This document shows positions 35,698 to 48,489 of a stretch of 64,000 nt of DNA, one piece after another. Positions within the stretch are counted from its first letter, which is position 1, and every line of letters starts with the position of its first letter. A program made the translations under genes and the position numbers. This DNA comes from Octopus bimaculoides (Eukaryota), in contig NC_068987.1 in assembly GCF_001194135.2 (NCBI RefSeq), forward strand, positions 75,781,977 through 75,845,976, written 5' to 3'. Below the pieces are notes generated by a model. The model had not been told where the DNA came from, searched no databases, and saw only the letters and a list, made by a program, of their open reading frames with translations.

Positions 35698-36575
35698 AGG
35701 CAGTCAGTTGTAGTAGAGTCGGTGAACGAGTTCTCATTTGGAGTTAATGTCAGTTACGTGATATATACGAGTTCAAATTATCGTCACGGTAGACGTTTCA
35801 AAGTCATTGTCTTGCGGAGCTATCACCGATAGCACGATAGACGTGTCAAAAATAACAAGGCTCATAAAACCACCACAACCTAATAGTTGCGACAAGAATA
35901 TTACAGTGCCGACAGCAACATACAAGTGGATGAGGATCCACGTTATGACTGTGGTGACGAGGATATAAACAATTCATATAGGCAACATTGAAAAAAAAAA
36001 ACTCAAGCGGCATTTGAAATCAGCGCGCGTAACGTTGGACGAAATGTTGCTAAGAATTTCTGACCGGTGCACTAACAATTCTGCTAACTAGCTGTCTTTC
36101 TCTCCTCAAAATATTAAAGCGCCCTCTAGGTTCTGAGTTCAATTTCCAATAACCAGAGGCGTCACGGCTGTTGTCTTTCTGATATCAGTGAAATAAGAAT
36201 CAATCTTGCAGATGAAACAGTTCAGTCGATGAAGCTTTTGAACATAAAATGTCTGGTCTTTATCAATAATTCAATAAACAATTAACAATCTTTCAACCAC
36301 AAACATGACACATTTCCTTCCCACCCGTGCCACTCACTACCACCAATGTACACACCAATCAGCTCCTATTATATTCTACGTACCAGCCACACATATCAAT
36401 ACCACCCAAAAACTCCCATGACACTAACTACTTCTTGAAGAATCATATTAACATGATTGTACCGTTGCAATATGGGAATTGGGATATGATTTTGTCAGAT
36501 TCACAATAAAATCTGTTAATTCTTGCTAAATATTCCTTTTTCTGAGCAGTTTACTTTCTTGTCTATATTTTGTAT

Positions 36576-36622
<47 letters not shown>

Positions 36623-36737
36623 ATATGTATGTGTGTATGTATACATATCCACGCGTACATACATACATATACATAGATACATAAATACACACACAACCCA
36701 CATACACTCAGACATATATTTATATATACATACATAT

Positions 36738-36778
<41 letters not shown>

Positions 36779-36899
36779 GTACTACACATATAAGTGAGTG
36801 CGTATGTGTGTAGCGGGGAAGATGAATCTCTGTGTGTACGGAAGACATTTAAAGTCAGATATATTGTCTTATCGTTACAGCATTAATGTTTGATATGAA

Positions 36900-37130
36900 A
36901 CCTCAACGATAGAGCCAACAAGGGAGCCTGTACGTGGTCGCTGTCATTTGAACTGCTAGAATTAGCAACTAAATCTTCTTCAAATCGCACCCTACTACCT
37001 TAAAGAGAAAGATTTAGATAATGCAGTCCTACATACTCCATAAAATAGAAGACATTTAACCACTGAAATGTCTCTTATTCAGATGTCTTCAGAAATAGAT
37101 TCAAGAGGGAACTAAACAACAGCAATAACA
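36900..37130 (+). mobile_element. Interspersed repeat family D (SINE-like); other copies 47555-47745(-), 52615-52805(-), 53965-54180(+)
   Basis: Shared ctgctagaaWtagcaRcYaaatcttcYtcaaatcRcaccct...ctaaacaacaRca motif in all four places. Confidence 0.7.
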
Positions 37131-37914
37131 ACATCATGAAACTTTATGGAAGTCATCCCTTTGTAGTCGATGATTTGCAGCATTAATTTCGTAAGTTTTG
37201 ACCGTTCTGATTACACTGCAATTATACGTTGGGTGTATGGATCACTGGCGGAAATTTTAGAGCAATGTTTTTCTCTGGTTCTAGCACCACCACAGCCCAG
37301 TGGCTGGAAATGATCCGTTCTATCACAGGCACAAGGCCTATAACAGTCAGACGAAATGCCACTTGTCTCAGTGACGTTGTTAAACCATGTGACAGATGGT
37401 GTGTTCCGTCCACATAGGCCACAGCGAGATTTGAACAAAGTGTCGAAACAAGGACCGTAGAGTAGCCCTTCTGATAACCTGACAATTCACTCACTCAGTC
37501 TGTTTTAGAAGTGTACTTTTTCTTGACGATCCTGTATGAAAGTAGTGTTAAACTAGTCAGAATTTGAACTCAGAAAGTAAGGATTCAAAGTAAATACTGA
37601 AAGAAATTTCGTCCGACGTTCTACCGCTTCTGCCAACTCGCTGGAAGACAAATTTCAAACACAAAGGGAAAAAATATCGAATAAAAATTTTTAAAGAGCA
37701 ATAAAATTCTGATCATAAATTGAAAAACAATAAAAAGATAATATAATTAGTAATGAAATTTGTAAAGAAATCTATCGATTTACATATATTGTTTCAGTTT
37801 TAAATTTCAGTGTGATAAAACTAATATATCTTCATGAAATAAAATTGATTGAAGGAATGTTTTAAAAAACTGTATTTGAAATAGAAATCCATATATTGAA
37901 AACTGTCAACGCAA

Positions 37915-38000
37915 GATTGGGTATGTTGTTAAGAAGTTCGCTTTGTAACCACATGGTTTCGGGTTCAGTGCCACTGCACAGTACTTTGGGCAAATGTCTT
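37915..38000 (-). mobile_element. SINE family B head
   Basis: gttaagaagttcgctttgtaaccacatggtttcgggttcagtgccactgcacagtactttgggcaaatgtcttct matches the family B head. Confidence 0.6.
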
Positions 38001-38230
38001 CTCCTGCAGTCACGGTTCCGGCTAGAAAAAAAAAAATGTACGACTCACACCGAACTGGAGTAGAATCTAAATGGAGATGAAAACAAAATAAATCAATAAA
38101 ATATAAAACAAAATAAAAATGATACACAATAATAGTTGGTTTTTTTTTTTTACTCCTGTCAAATTTAAAAAATTAACTGAAATTATCATACTAAAGACAA
38201 TTTAATTAAATATGTTAGAGGCTTTTATTC

Positions 38231-38367
38231 ACTTTCCGGAAATGACAAGAAACATACAAACGTTTTGTAGTTTCCTGTGCATCGACTAATAACATACGCA
38301 GCAAAGAACAACTTCCGGTATATTGTATATAATAAGAATTGACAAAAGCTAACGTTAAATTGTAAGT
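38231..38367 (+). promoter_or_regulatory. Candidate housekeeping-type promoter / short first exon
   Basis: ETS-like ttccggaa (38234-38241) and ACTTCCGGT (38311-38319), ACTACA-type motif on the minus strand (ttgtagtttcc, 38265-38275), consensus donor GTAAGT at 38362. Sequence is non-repetitive. Confidence 0.35.
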
Positions 38368-38762
38368 ATTGTATGGATTATTTTAAACGTTGCCCAAAGT
38401 ATACTAAACTTGTGCTATCAAACTCTACAACCCCGTCCGCCGTTGTTGTTTTTCTGTTTTTTTCCAGTCTTTAACATCGTGTTTCTACCTCCTCTATTCT
38501 CTCTCTCTCTCTCTCTGTCCCTCCCTCCCTCATCTTCTTTTTCTTTCTCTTATGTCTCGCTCGCTCATTTGTTGTGGCGAGCCAGATAAATGTTTCCACA
38601 TCAGTACTGAAATATTTATCTGATATAAAGCGGCAAGCTCACAAAATGACCGTATATATATGTATGAGAGCGAACGCGACAGAGTAGGAGGGAGAAAACG
38701 TATGTTTACTTGTGTTCATGTTTGTGAGTGTGTAGTATGTGTATGTGTGAATATGTGTGTGC

Positions 38763-38830
<68 letters not shown>

Positions 38831-39622
38831 CCGCCACATAAGCCAGAATAATGAAGTTATACCGGGATAGAAAATGTAAAGAATCTTGTCATGAATACAT
38901 ATGTCCATTAGAATTAGTATTTCTCTATCGTCTACCTTTTGACTCAACTCACTTGTAAATATAATAATATAATTTAGTTGGACATCTATTCTCAGAAATT
39001 TATCAATTTAAAAGTTATTAATACTCTGAGTACCGGAAAGGTAAGGTGTTAGCGGAAATTGTAGAGGACCAAATAATAACTTAGCGGTATTTCATTTTAA
39101 TTCTATTCGATTTGCGTTCACATTTTACTGAAAGTAATGTTTTCCATTTAACCGTTTATGGTTAATTCGGCTCCGTGGTTCAGAAGTTCGCTTCGAAACT
39201 GTGTCACTAGCTGGCAAAAGTTTGCGAGTAGAACTTGGTAAGCGGAAACCCATCGTGTGCTCTGTGCATGTGTGCGTGTGTGAGTGTATCGGAAAAAAGT
39301 TCGTTTTCCAAGTTTTTGTTTTTTCATGTTCTCGTTTTTCATGTTGTCCACGTTTTTTTGACGTCCTGTACCCATATATGCATGTGTAGGTGTATATATN
39401 NNNNNNNNNNNNNNNNNNNNNNNNNNNNNNNNNNNNNNNNNNNNNNNNNNNNNNNNNNNNNNNNNNNNNNNNNNNNNNNNNNNNNNNNNNNNNNNNNNNN
39501 NNNNNNNNNNNNNNNNNNNNNNNNNNNNNNNNNNNNNNNNNNNNNNNNNNNNNNNNNNNNNNNNNNNNNNNNNNNNNNNNNNNNNNNNNNNNNNNNNNNN
39601 NNNNNNNNNNNNNNNNNNNNNN

Positions 39623-39669
<47 letters not shown>

Positions 39670-40859
39670 TAGACAGACAGAACCGATACACATCGGGGAA
39701 AGCTGTAAAACACGGAAATAGTAATAAAACCCCGTTTATTTTTTCCGCCCGAATTGCGCAGACAGCCTACTCTCCCTATCGTCGTCAAAAATGTAGTGAA
39801 CCAGTGATTGACCAGTTTGGAATTTGTAATCAACTATATTTCTGTTCATAAAATGCTTTATCAAATATCAATAAAAATAAATGCATTGCTCTGATTCAGT
39901 CAATTGTACTACCCGTATTACTATACCCGTGTGTATTTGTGAATGTGAGAAATTCCTGTTGGAAAGCTAGAGTAGCAGAGACAGGAGCGCACAAGACTAA
40001 ATACTTTACACTTTTGTGGCCTTCCGCTAGTTTCATAAATAGTTATTATGGGAACCATAAAGTGGAAGATGAATTTATTGAGCTTCTACATGGTGTACTT
40101 ACTAGAATTAACATTCAAATATCCTACAAATTACGCTCTCTTTCTTCGCATTGCTTTTGAGCCCTGAACTCCTTGTCGGAGTCGTAGGGTCACCGTCATG
40201 ATTTGACAACTGGACAACTGTGGAATGTTTTAACCTTGGTGTAGTTCGTCCGTGCCGATTTTTTCCAGAAAAAAAAAAAACGAAAAGATGAGAAAGAAAA
40301 ATCGACCCTAGTACGATACTGGTACTTTATTTATCGACCCCGAAAAAAATTAAATTCAAAAGTTGACCTCTGCAGGATTTCAACTCATCTGTAAGGAAGC
40401 AGGATGATTACTACAAAACAATTAATCCAACATTCTTACAAATCTGTTATTCGGTTGCCTTTAAATCACAAACGTATATAAAAATGTATACGCTTCATTA
40501 AACGTAATTCTCGAATCGCTGTGCTAAGCTTAAAAAAAAATAAAGGAAAACGTGATGAATATAGCTGAAAGGCCTATCGTAGAAAGAAGTTGAGCTCCGA
40601 AGCTGATGTAATATACTGACCTGAATTGCAAACATCAATAACAGCACACAACAATTTCAACCCAAAATTGTCGAGTAGTTTCGAGTCTTTGTTCAAATAT
40701 CTTCAAGTATGTCTCTCTTTACTTATTGGAAGAGAAAAATGCTGCATAGTCTTTTACAGTTTCATTTAAAACATTAAACGAAATGCCACTTGTCCGGCGT
40801 GCTAACGTTTCAGCTAGACTGTCGCCTTCTAGTAACAGGAAATGATTTTCTTACTACGA

Positions 40860-41022
40860 AAAGCACAAGGCCTATCGTAGAAAGAAGTTGAGCTCCGAAG
40901 CTGATGTAATCGACTAGGCCACTGAGTTCAAATGGTAGTTATTTTATCGACTCTGAAATGACAGAAGAAATGGCGCAAAGCCTTATATCCGGGTTGCTAA
41001 CGATTCTGCCAGCTCGCCCCCT
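40860..41022 (-). mobile_element. SINE family A fragment (other fragments 37555-37645, 40300-40465, 53800-53935, 57640-57880)
   Basis: ttgctaacgattctgccagctcgccccc and ttattttatcgac. Confidence 0.7.
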
Positions 41023-41898
41023 TCTGGCTAAAAGTAACAAGAAGAGTATTTAATTTTGTCTAATCAGGCTGTAAGAAGCGCCCATTACTTCGAGAAAAAT
41101 GAGAAAAAGGGAGGGAAAAGAAGCTCAAACTGGTGACCTGACCAGAATACTTGCGATAAAATGGACGATGCTAAAGGGTCCATTGACGTTGTTAAACCAG
41201 TTGACGGATGGTGTGTTCCATCCACGAAGATCACAGCGTGATTTGAACAAAGTGTCGAAACAAGAACCGTGGGGTATCCCTTCTGATACAACACAATCAA
41301 TCCAACACTCTTACAAATCTGTTATTCAGTGTATTACCATTATCTAGTGTTCTGAGATGAGTTTAATGTTTATGCCAACGGCTCATTGAATAAGAACGTT
41401 CATACTATTTGATTACGTGTCTAGATGTCTGAAGTGAGTTAATATTGATGATAATTTGTCAGACTATTAATCTCATCTTCAGAGATGAAAAAAGTAAATA
41501 TTAAAACATTTTCATGTGTAAATATGAGGTTTAACACAAATCATATTAGTACACTTCGTGCAGGCATACAACCTCCCACGTTCACAAGAGCTTGCTACGG
41601 ACGAGCTTATTCGGAAACAGAGTACCTGATAGCATTCAGAGATCCTAATTGTCCAACTATAGTGTAAACATAAATATACATTCTAAAATGTTGTTTAGCA
41701 ACCCAGTGAAGTATCATTTAATTGTATTGCAGTTTAGATAGTTAGCTGTTGATTAAACCATCTTTGCCTTTCATCTTTTGACAGAAGACACATACAGACT
41801 CATACAGAAGACGATTCCTCCAATTGCACCTGTAATTTTGAAATGAGTGATACTTCTTTCCCCCTGCATGGGGGATAGAGCATCCCTCTGCCCGTTTT

Positions 41899-41899
<1 letters not shown>

Positions 41900-41988
<89 letters not shown>
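41900..41988. repeat. (TTTC)n microsatellite
   Basis: Direct reading. Confidence 0.95.
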
Positions 41989-41989
<1 letters not shown>

Positions 41990-42199
41990 CATACACACAC
42001 GTACCCACACAGAGAGATATAGGTATAATATTGGTTTACCTACTTAAACATACCGCGTAACATTACATTTAATGTTTTTCACTATCTTTATCTACATGCA
42101 CACATGACTGTACATAAAAAAAACACATAGACACGAAGACACGCTTTAAAGCTGCGGTCATGCTCGGGCACTACTGTTGGCTATGTTACACCATTATTT

Positions 42200-42516
42200 G
42201 AAACCTCCTCTGATATGTGACATTTGGTGAATGGGGGAGTTCGATGCTGTTGCCCTCGTGTTTGTTTCCTGCCGTGAGGTTCGCTATTCTGGAACTCTTG
42301 ACAGAAGGAGATCCAGTTTTGCTTTCAAGACACCTACATCCACACCATGCAAGTCTCTCAAGCATTTTGGAAGGCTATTGAAGAGCTGTGGGACCTTGAA
42401 ACCCAAGCTGTTGCAATATCTGGTCCTGTATTTTGATGGTAGTGCTGGGATCTTTGGCACGATGTAGTAGCGCCTCGTTCAGCTGTTTATATAACTTTCA
42501 ATGCCAAAGTTGCAAC

Positions 42517-42518
<2 letters not shown>
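42200..42518 (-). mobile_element. CR1/L2-group LINE C-terminal remnant
   Basis: NFGIESYIN..IVPKIPALPSKYRTRYCNSLGFKVPQLFNSLPKCLRDLHGVDVGVLKAKLDLLLSRVPE matches the 'LFN.LP..LR....F K..LD..L..VPD' pattern. Confidence 0.85.
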
Positions 42519-42547
<29 letters not shown>

Positions 42548-42934
42548 NNNNNNNNNNNNNNNNNNNNNNNNNNNNNNNNNNNNNNNNNNNNNNNNNNNNN
42601 NNNNNNNNNNNNNNNNNNNNNNNNNNNNNNNNNNNNNNNNNNNNNNNNNNNNNNNNNNNNNNNNNNNNNNNNNNNNNNNNNNNNNNNNNNNNNNNNNNNN
42701 NNNNNNNNNNNNNNNNNNNNNNNNNNNNNNNNNNNNNNNNNNNNNNNNNNNNNNNNNNNNNNNNNNNNNNNNNNNNNNNNNNNNNNNNNNNNNNNNNNNN
42801 NNNNNNNNNNNNNNNNNNNNNNNNNNNNNNNNNNNNNNNNNNNNNNNNNNNNNNNNNNNNNNNNNNNNNNNNNNNNNNNNNNNNNNNNNNNNNNNNNNNN
42901 NNNNNNNNNNNNNNNNNNNNNNNNNNNNNNNNNN

Positions 42935-43973
42935 AAAAAAAAAAAACGTAACCCAAATTTACGAATACAATTTGGCGGTGTTTACGTGCATCACGGACGC
43001 TTTGTTCTTTTGAGACCTTGTAGCCTCGAATAGATTTCTCCACCTTGGAAATGAACGGACGGTCCGGCAATATTTTCCAATACAATCCAGTTTCGTCTAC
43101 GTTAAAAATCTGTTAGAGAAGAACCCCATTTTTTTCGATGATTTTCTTGAATCCATTAGGTAATTCCGCTGCTACTTGTTCGTCAGCTGATGCACTTTCA
43201 CCTTGCTTCTTAATGGAGTGATAACTTCTTCGCTCCTTAAATCTCATGAACCATCCTCCGCTTGCCTTGAACTCTACATCTTTCTCATCGGGACATTTTT
43301 TCTTCAGGTCCTCAAACAAAGACAACGCTTTTTCTTGAATGATTTCTTGACTAAGTAGCACGCTGGCAATTCAACCTAACAATCCAAAGAGAAAGAAGAC
43401 TTCCCATTTCTTCAAAAATTTTGCCTCTTTTCTTATTGATGACAGTGTTCTTCATCTCTGGGGCTTCAGATTTGGTATGTGCTAAAATCTTGTCCTTATT
43501 ATGTACAATCGTCGATACAGTTGTCCGACTCATCCCAAAAGATCGTGCAATTGCTACCACTTTTTCCCCTTTTTCATGGCGTTTTATCTTCCATTTAGCA
43601 CTTTCACTATGAATTATCTTAGGAGCCATGGTGGAAAAAAAAAAGTCACAACAAATACTGCGAGAATCACGAGTATCAGCGACGCCTACCGGTAGATATT
43701 GGAACTGCAGTGCAATATGAGCTCCGAAAGACAGATAAATAAGACAACACAACTGATTTCATGATTTCGTTCACTAAGCTACACCACTTTATGATATGTG
43801 TCTTAACATTTACTGTACGTATTTTAATGTGATTTCATATTCTTTTATTCTTATTTATTGTACAGTAACATGATTTTATGTGCTTTTAATGGTTTTCTAG
43901 TGATTTTACGATTCCAATATTTGTGGCGGACAGATTTTAAGTCGAGTAAAATGACTTAACCTGAGGTATGCCT
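42935..43973 (-). mobile_element. Internally deleted Tigger/pogo DNA transposon (CENP-B-type HTH plus first catalytic D)
   Basis: End taggcatacctc (cf. Tigger CAGGCATACCTC). ATG at 43629: MAPK..RHEKGEKVVAIARSFGMSRTTVSTIVHNKDKI..LWI / LSQEIIQEKALSLF..FKASGGWFMRFKER..GESASAD / FNVDETGLYWK. Confidence 0.95.
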
Positions 43974-44794
43974 ATATATATATATATATNNNNNNNNNNN
44001 NNNNNNNNNNNNNNNNNNNNNNNNNNNNNNNNNNNNNNNNNNNNNNNNNNNNNNNNNNNNNNNNNNNNNNNNNNNNNNNNNNNNNNNNNNNNNNNNNNNN
44101 NNNNNNNNNNNNNNNNNNNNNNNNNNNNNNNNNNNNNNNNNNNNNNNNNNNNNNNNNNNNNNNNNNNNNNNNNNNNNNNNNNNNNNNNNNNNNNNNNNNN
44201 NNNNNNNNNNNNNNNNNNNNNNNNNNNNNNNNNNNNNNNNNNNNNNNNNNNNNNNNNNNNNNNNNNNNNNNNNNNNNNNNNNNNNNNNNNNNNNNNNNNN
44301 NNNNNNNNNNNNNNNNNNNNNNNNNNNNNNNNNNNNNNNNNNNNNNNNNNNNNNNNNNNNNNNNNNNNNNNNNNNNNNNNNNNNNNNNNNNNNNNNNNNN
44401 NNNNNNNNNNNNNNNNNNNNNNNNNNNNNNNNNNNNNNNNNNNNNNNNNNNNNNNNNNNNNNNNNNNNNNNNNNNNNNNNNNNNNNNNNNNNNNNNNNNN
44501 NNNNNNNNNNNNNNNNNNNNNNNNNNNNNNNNNNNNNNNNNNNNNNNNNNNNNNNNNNNNNNNNNNNNNNNNNNNNNNNNNNNNNNNNNNNNNNNNNNNN
44601 NNNNNNNNNNNNNNNNNNNNNNNNNNNNNNNNNNNNNNNNNNNNNNNNNNNNNNNNNNNNNNNNNNNNNNNNNNNNNNNNNNNNNNNNNNNNNNNNNNNN
44701 NNNNNNNNNNNNNNATATATATATATATATAAACATACATAAATACATGCACACGCACACACACACACATACATATATGTGTGTATGTGTGTAT

Positions 44795-45010
44795 ACATCT
44801 TTTATATTTCTTTCAGTCATTGGACTGTGGCCTTGCTGGGGCACCACCTTGAAGAATTTTTAGTCGAATGTATCCACCCCAGTATTTACTTTTTATAAGC
44901 CTGATACTTATTCTGTCGATCTCTTTTGTCGCACCGCTAACTTACAGGAACGTAAACACACCAATATGTGTTGTCAAGCGGTGGTGGGGGGACAAACGCA
45001 GACACAAAGA
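44795..45010 (-). mobile_element. SINE family B 3' part
   Basis: tttcagtcattggactgtggccttgctggggcaccacc...gttgtcaagcggtggtgggggg. Confidence 0.8.
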
Positions 45011-45947
45011 CACACGCACACACACACTGAAATAAATATATATAAACATACGTATATACATACATACATACATACACACACACACACGCATATATATATA
45101 TTGATAGAAAGGACAACAAAAGAAAGAAAGAGACCTCGATATTATGTAAATACAGGAATTTATCTGTAAAAATATGTGACACTTATTCGGTAGCCNNNNN
45201 NNNNNNNNNNNNNNNNNNNNNNNNNNNNNNNNNNNNNNNNNNNNNNNNNNNNNNNNNNNNNNNNNNNNNNNNNNNNNNNNNNNNNNNNNNNNNNNNNNNN
45301 NNNNNNNNNNNNNNNNNNNNNNNNNNNNNNNNNNNNNNNNNNNNNNNNNNNNNNNNNNNNNNNNNNNNNNNNNNNNNNNNNNNNNNNNNNNNNNNNNNNN
45401 NNNNNNNNNNNNNNNNNNNNNNNNNNNNNNNNNNNNNNNNNNNNNNNNNNNNNNNNNNNNNNNNNNNNNNNNNNNNNNNNNNNNNNNNNNNNNNNNNNNN
45501 NNNNNNNNNNNNNNNNNNNNNNNNNNNNNNNNNNNNNNNNNNNNNNNNNNNNNNNNNNNNNNNNNNNNNNNNNNNNNNNNNNNNNNNNNNNNNNNNNNNN
45601 NNNNNNNNNNNNNNNNNNNNNNNNNNNNNNNNNNNNNNNNNNNNNNNNNNNNNNNNNNNNNNNNNNNNNNNNNNNNNNNNNNNNNNNNNNNNNNNNNNNN
45701 NNNNNNNNNNNNNNNNNNNNNNNNNNNNNNNNNNNNNNNNNNNNNNNNNNNNNNNNNNNNNNNNNNNNNNNNNNNNNNNNNNNNNNNNNNNNNNNNNNNN
45801 NNNNNNNNNNNNNNNNNNNNNNNNNNNNNNNNNNNNNNNNNNNNNNNNNNNNNNNNNNNNNNNNNNNNNNNNNNNNNNNNNNNNNNNNNNNNNNNNNNNN
45901 NNNNNNNNNNNNNNNNNNNNNNNNNNNNNNNNNNNNNNNNNNNNNNN

Positions 45948-46290
45948 CGGGGACCGAAAGAAGCTCGTCGTATATATATATATATATATATCTGGAGAAG
46001 GAATTTTTGTATTCCGAAATATTATCACATCAGACTATGGATAATTGAATTATAACAGTTATTATGGTCCACTTTGCATTGTTGTGCCATTCAAGACACG
46101 TTATATTTCTTATATTTATATGTCTGTGTTTGTCCCCCCACCATCACTTGACAACCAATGTTGGTGTGTTTGCGTCCCCTTAACATAGAGATCCAGCGAA
46201 AGAGACCGATAGATTAAGTACTAGGCTTACTAAGAATAAGTCCTGGGGCGATTTGGCCGTAGTCAAATGACTGAAACAAGTAAAAAGAAT
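45948..46290 (+). mobile_element. SINE family B pieces
   Basis: gaaagaagctcgtcgtata and ccatcacttgacaaccaatgttggtgtgttt...gtcaaatgactgaaacaagtaaaa. Confidence 0.75.
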
Positions 46291-46304
46291 TAAAAAAAGC
46301 GAAA

Positions 46305-46337
<33 letters not shown>

Positions 46338-46823
46338 NNNNNNNNNNTATATATATATATATATATATATATATTGCACGTACATTAATGTGATTTTATA
46401 TTCTTTTATTCTTATTTATTGTACAAACACATGATTTTATGTGCTTTTAATGGTTTTCTAGTGATTATATATATATATGCGCACAGACATTCGCACACAT
46501 ATCTTTACGACATAAAAATACTGATCTTTCTGAAATAAAACAGAAGTAAACATATGACAATTGTATTGAAAAGGGGTAAAAAGTAAGAAATGGTCTTCAA
46601 AGAGACTGAAAGTGATATGTGGAAAATGGGGAGATAGTGGAGGGATACAGAAAATGTTGTGTCCTGGAAAAGAGCCCAGTTTAAACGAAGGAAAACAGAT
46701 GTAAGGAAATGAAACAAACGAAGAAGAATTGCATTCTGGGAAATGAAGGTGACAGAATGCATACATACATGCATGCATACATGCATGCATACATACATAC
46801 TGGGAGAACTTGAAAAATTAAAA

Positions 46824-47098
46824 CTGACGGCCTTCCACTCGTGATCCAGGAAGACCTTGCTAACCTTCAGGAACATTGTGCGCTCTAGGACTAACTTATA
46901 TTTTGCATTTGCGGATCCGTTGGTGGCTAATGAGCCCGGCTCTTGACAAGCATGCATGACTGCAAACATTGCAAACCAAGCTTTCCCCATTCACTACACC
47001 AGCAGCGCGCTTTCGAGCAGCACGCTTAAGTTCTTCATGCAGAATACGTGCTCTCTCAAAAGTGTCGACGTCCTCTTTAACCTGCTTCCTCCATCTGT
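46824..47098 (-). mobile_element. RTE LINE 3' end with open C-terminal C2H2-like zinc finger (46896-47096)
   Basis: RWRKQVKEDVDTFERARILHEELKRAARKR...VCNVCSHACLSRAGLISHQRIRKCKI*, then an RTE-like gtcttcctggatcacgagtggaaggcc end. Truncated by a gap. Confidence 0.9.
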
Positions 47099-48120
47099 NN
47101 NNNNNNNNATATTTAAAATCAAATCTGGGAGATTTGAACCAAGAACAGAATGCTACTTAACTAAATTCCTCAAATTATTTGTTCTGTACCCCAACCAATT
47201 TTGTCAACCAAATTTGTTAATTACTAAATCACAAATCACAAATTGCATCAGTATGTTTTTTTAAAGAGAAAATAAAACTAGACTCAATTAGTTAAATAAA
47301 TAAACACATAAAGTTTTAAGTTGCAATATTTATTTGAATTCATTTTATTCTGTTTACTTTAGAAAAGTATATCGTCATTGAAAAAATTAGCCTAAATTAA
47401 ACGGAGGCGTATCCAGTTACGCTGGCTATTATATTTCTTCAAAGTAACGAGTGAGAGAGAAAATTAAACATTTATAACAGTAAACACAGCAGGTTGAAAT
47501 ACGGATATTGCTTTATAATGATTTCTTAATACAACACGTGGTTGAAGCTGTAGATGTTTAGTCCTAATCAACCCTAGACCTATGAGCTGACGGAGTTAAA
47601 AAATATTCCAACTGTGGCCATCCAGTCTTTTTAGAGTAAGAGTGTACTGTACAGAGTATTTTTCCTTATTTCGGACAGTGAAGTGTAGATTTGAGGGGGA
47701 TTTCGCATCTATTTCTCTCAGATCAAATAAGAACGTAAATGTTTCTAGATACGTAAATGTTTCTTCCATAGCTTAACATTCAAATGTGAGGCCATGGACA
47801 GAGTAATTCAATTATATCGATCCTGGATTAAAAGCTAAGTCGCCCCTGGAGGGATTTGAACACGACAAAAAAAAAAGCTGTAGCACAGAACAGATCGCTG
47901 TGTTTGCTGCATTTGATCCATTTCTTTTCCACAAAGCGCTTGACATTACTTAACCAACATTACTAACATCGAAGCATCAAGCTACACATTTGGGAAAAAA
48001 AAAGATGATTGAATATATCGATCATTAGTATTTGACTGGTACTTATTTTAGAGACACCGGTAGTATAAAATCCAAGCTTAACTTTCGCGGGATTTGAATT
48101 CAAATTCTAATACATACATA

Positions 48121-48350
48121 CAAGGTGACCATATCGTCTGTATACAAAGATGTCACTGCACGTTTTCAATAATTTTATTAAAGTAAATGAATGAATAACA
48201 TTTTCAACATGGTTTCTACCATTAGTAATGCAAAGTTCAATGCGCTTTGCTAGGACTCACTTAACCCCGATGCAATAACTTCACATTTCCGCCATTTTGA
48301 GCACATTCATTCACGATGTGTTCCTTCAAGTGATTTATGTCTAAGCAGAC
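48121..48350 (-). mobile_element. Tc1/mariner 3' fragment
   Basis: TA-caaggtg terminus. Minus strand: INHLKEHIVNECAQ..AKRIELCITNGRNHVENVI. Confidence 0.7.
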
Positions 48351-48489
48351 TTCATTCTCATTCTATATATATATAAAAACAAACATATATACACGTTCAC
48401 ATATATTCCGATATTATGTTCTTCTTCAAGCGGCTGCAATTGAAATGCATTCGTCAACACCTAGCTAGGAATTTCTGCACTCCACTAAT

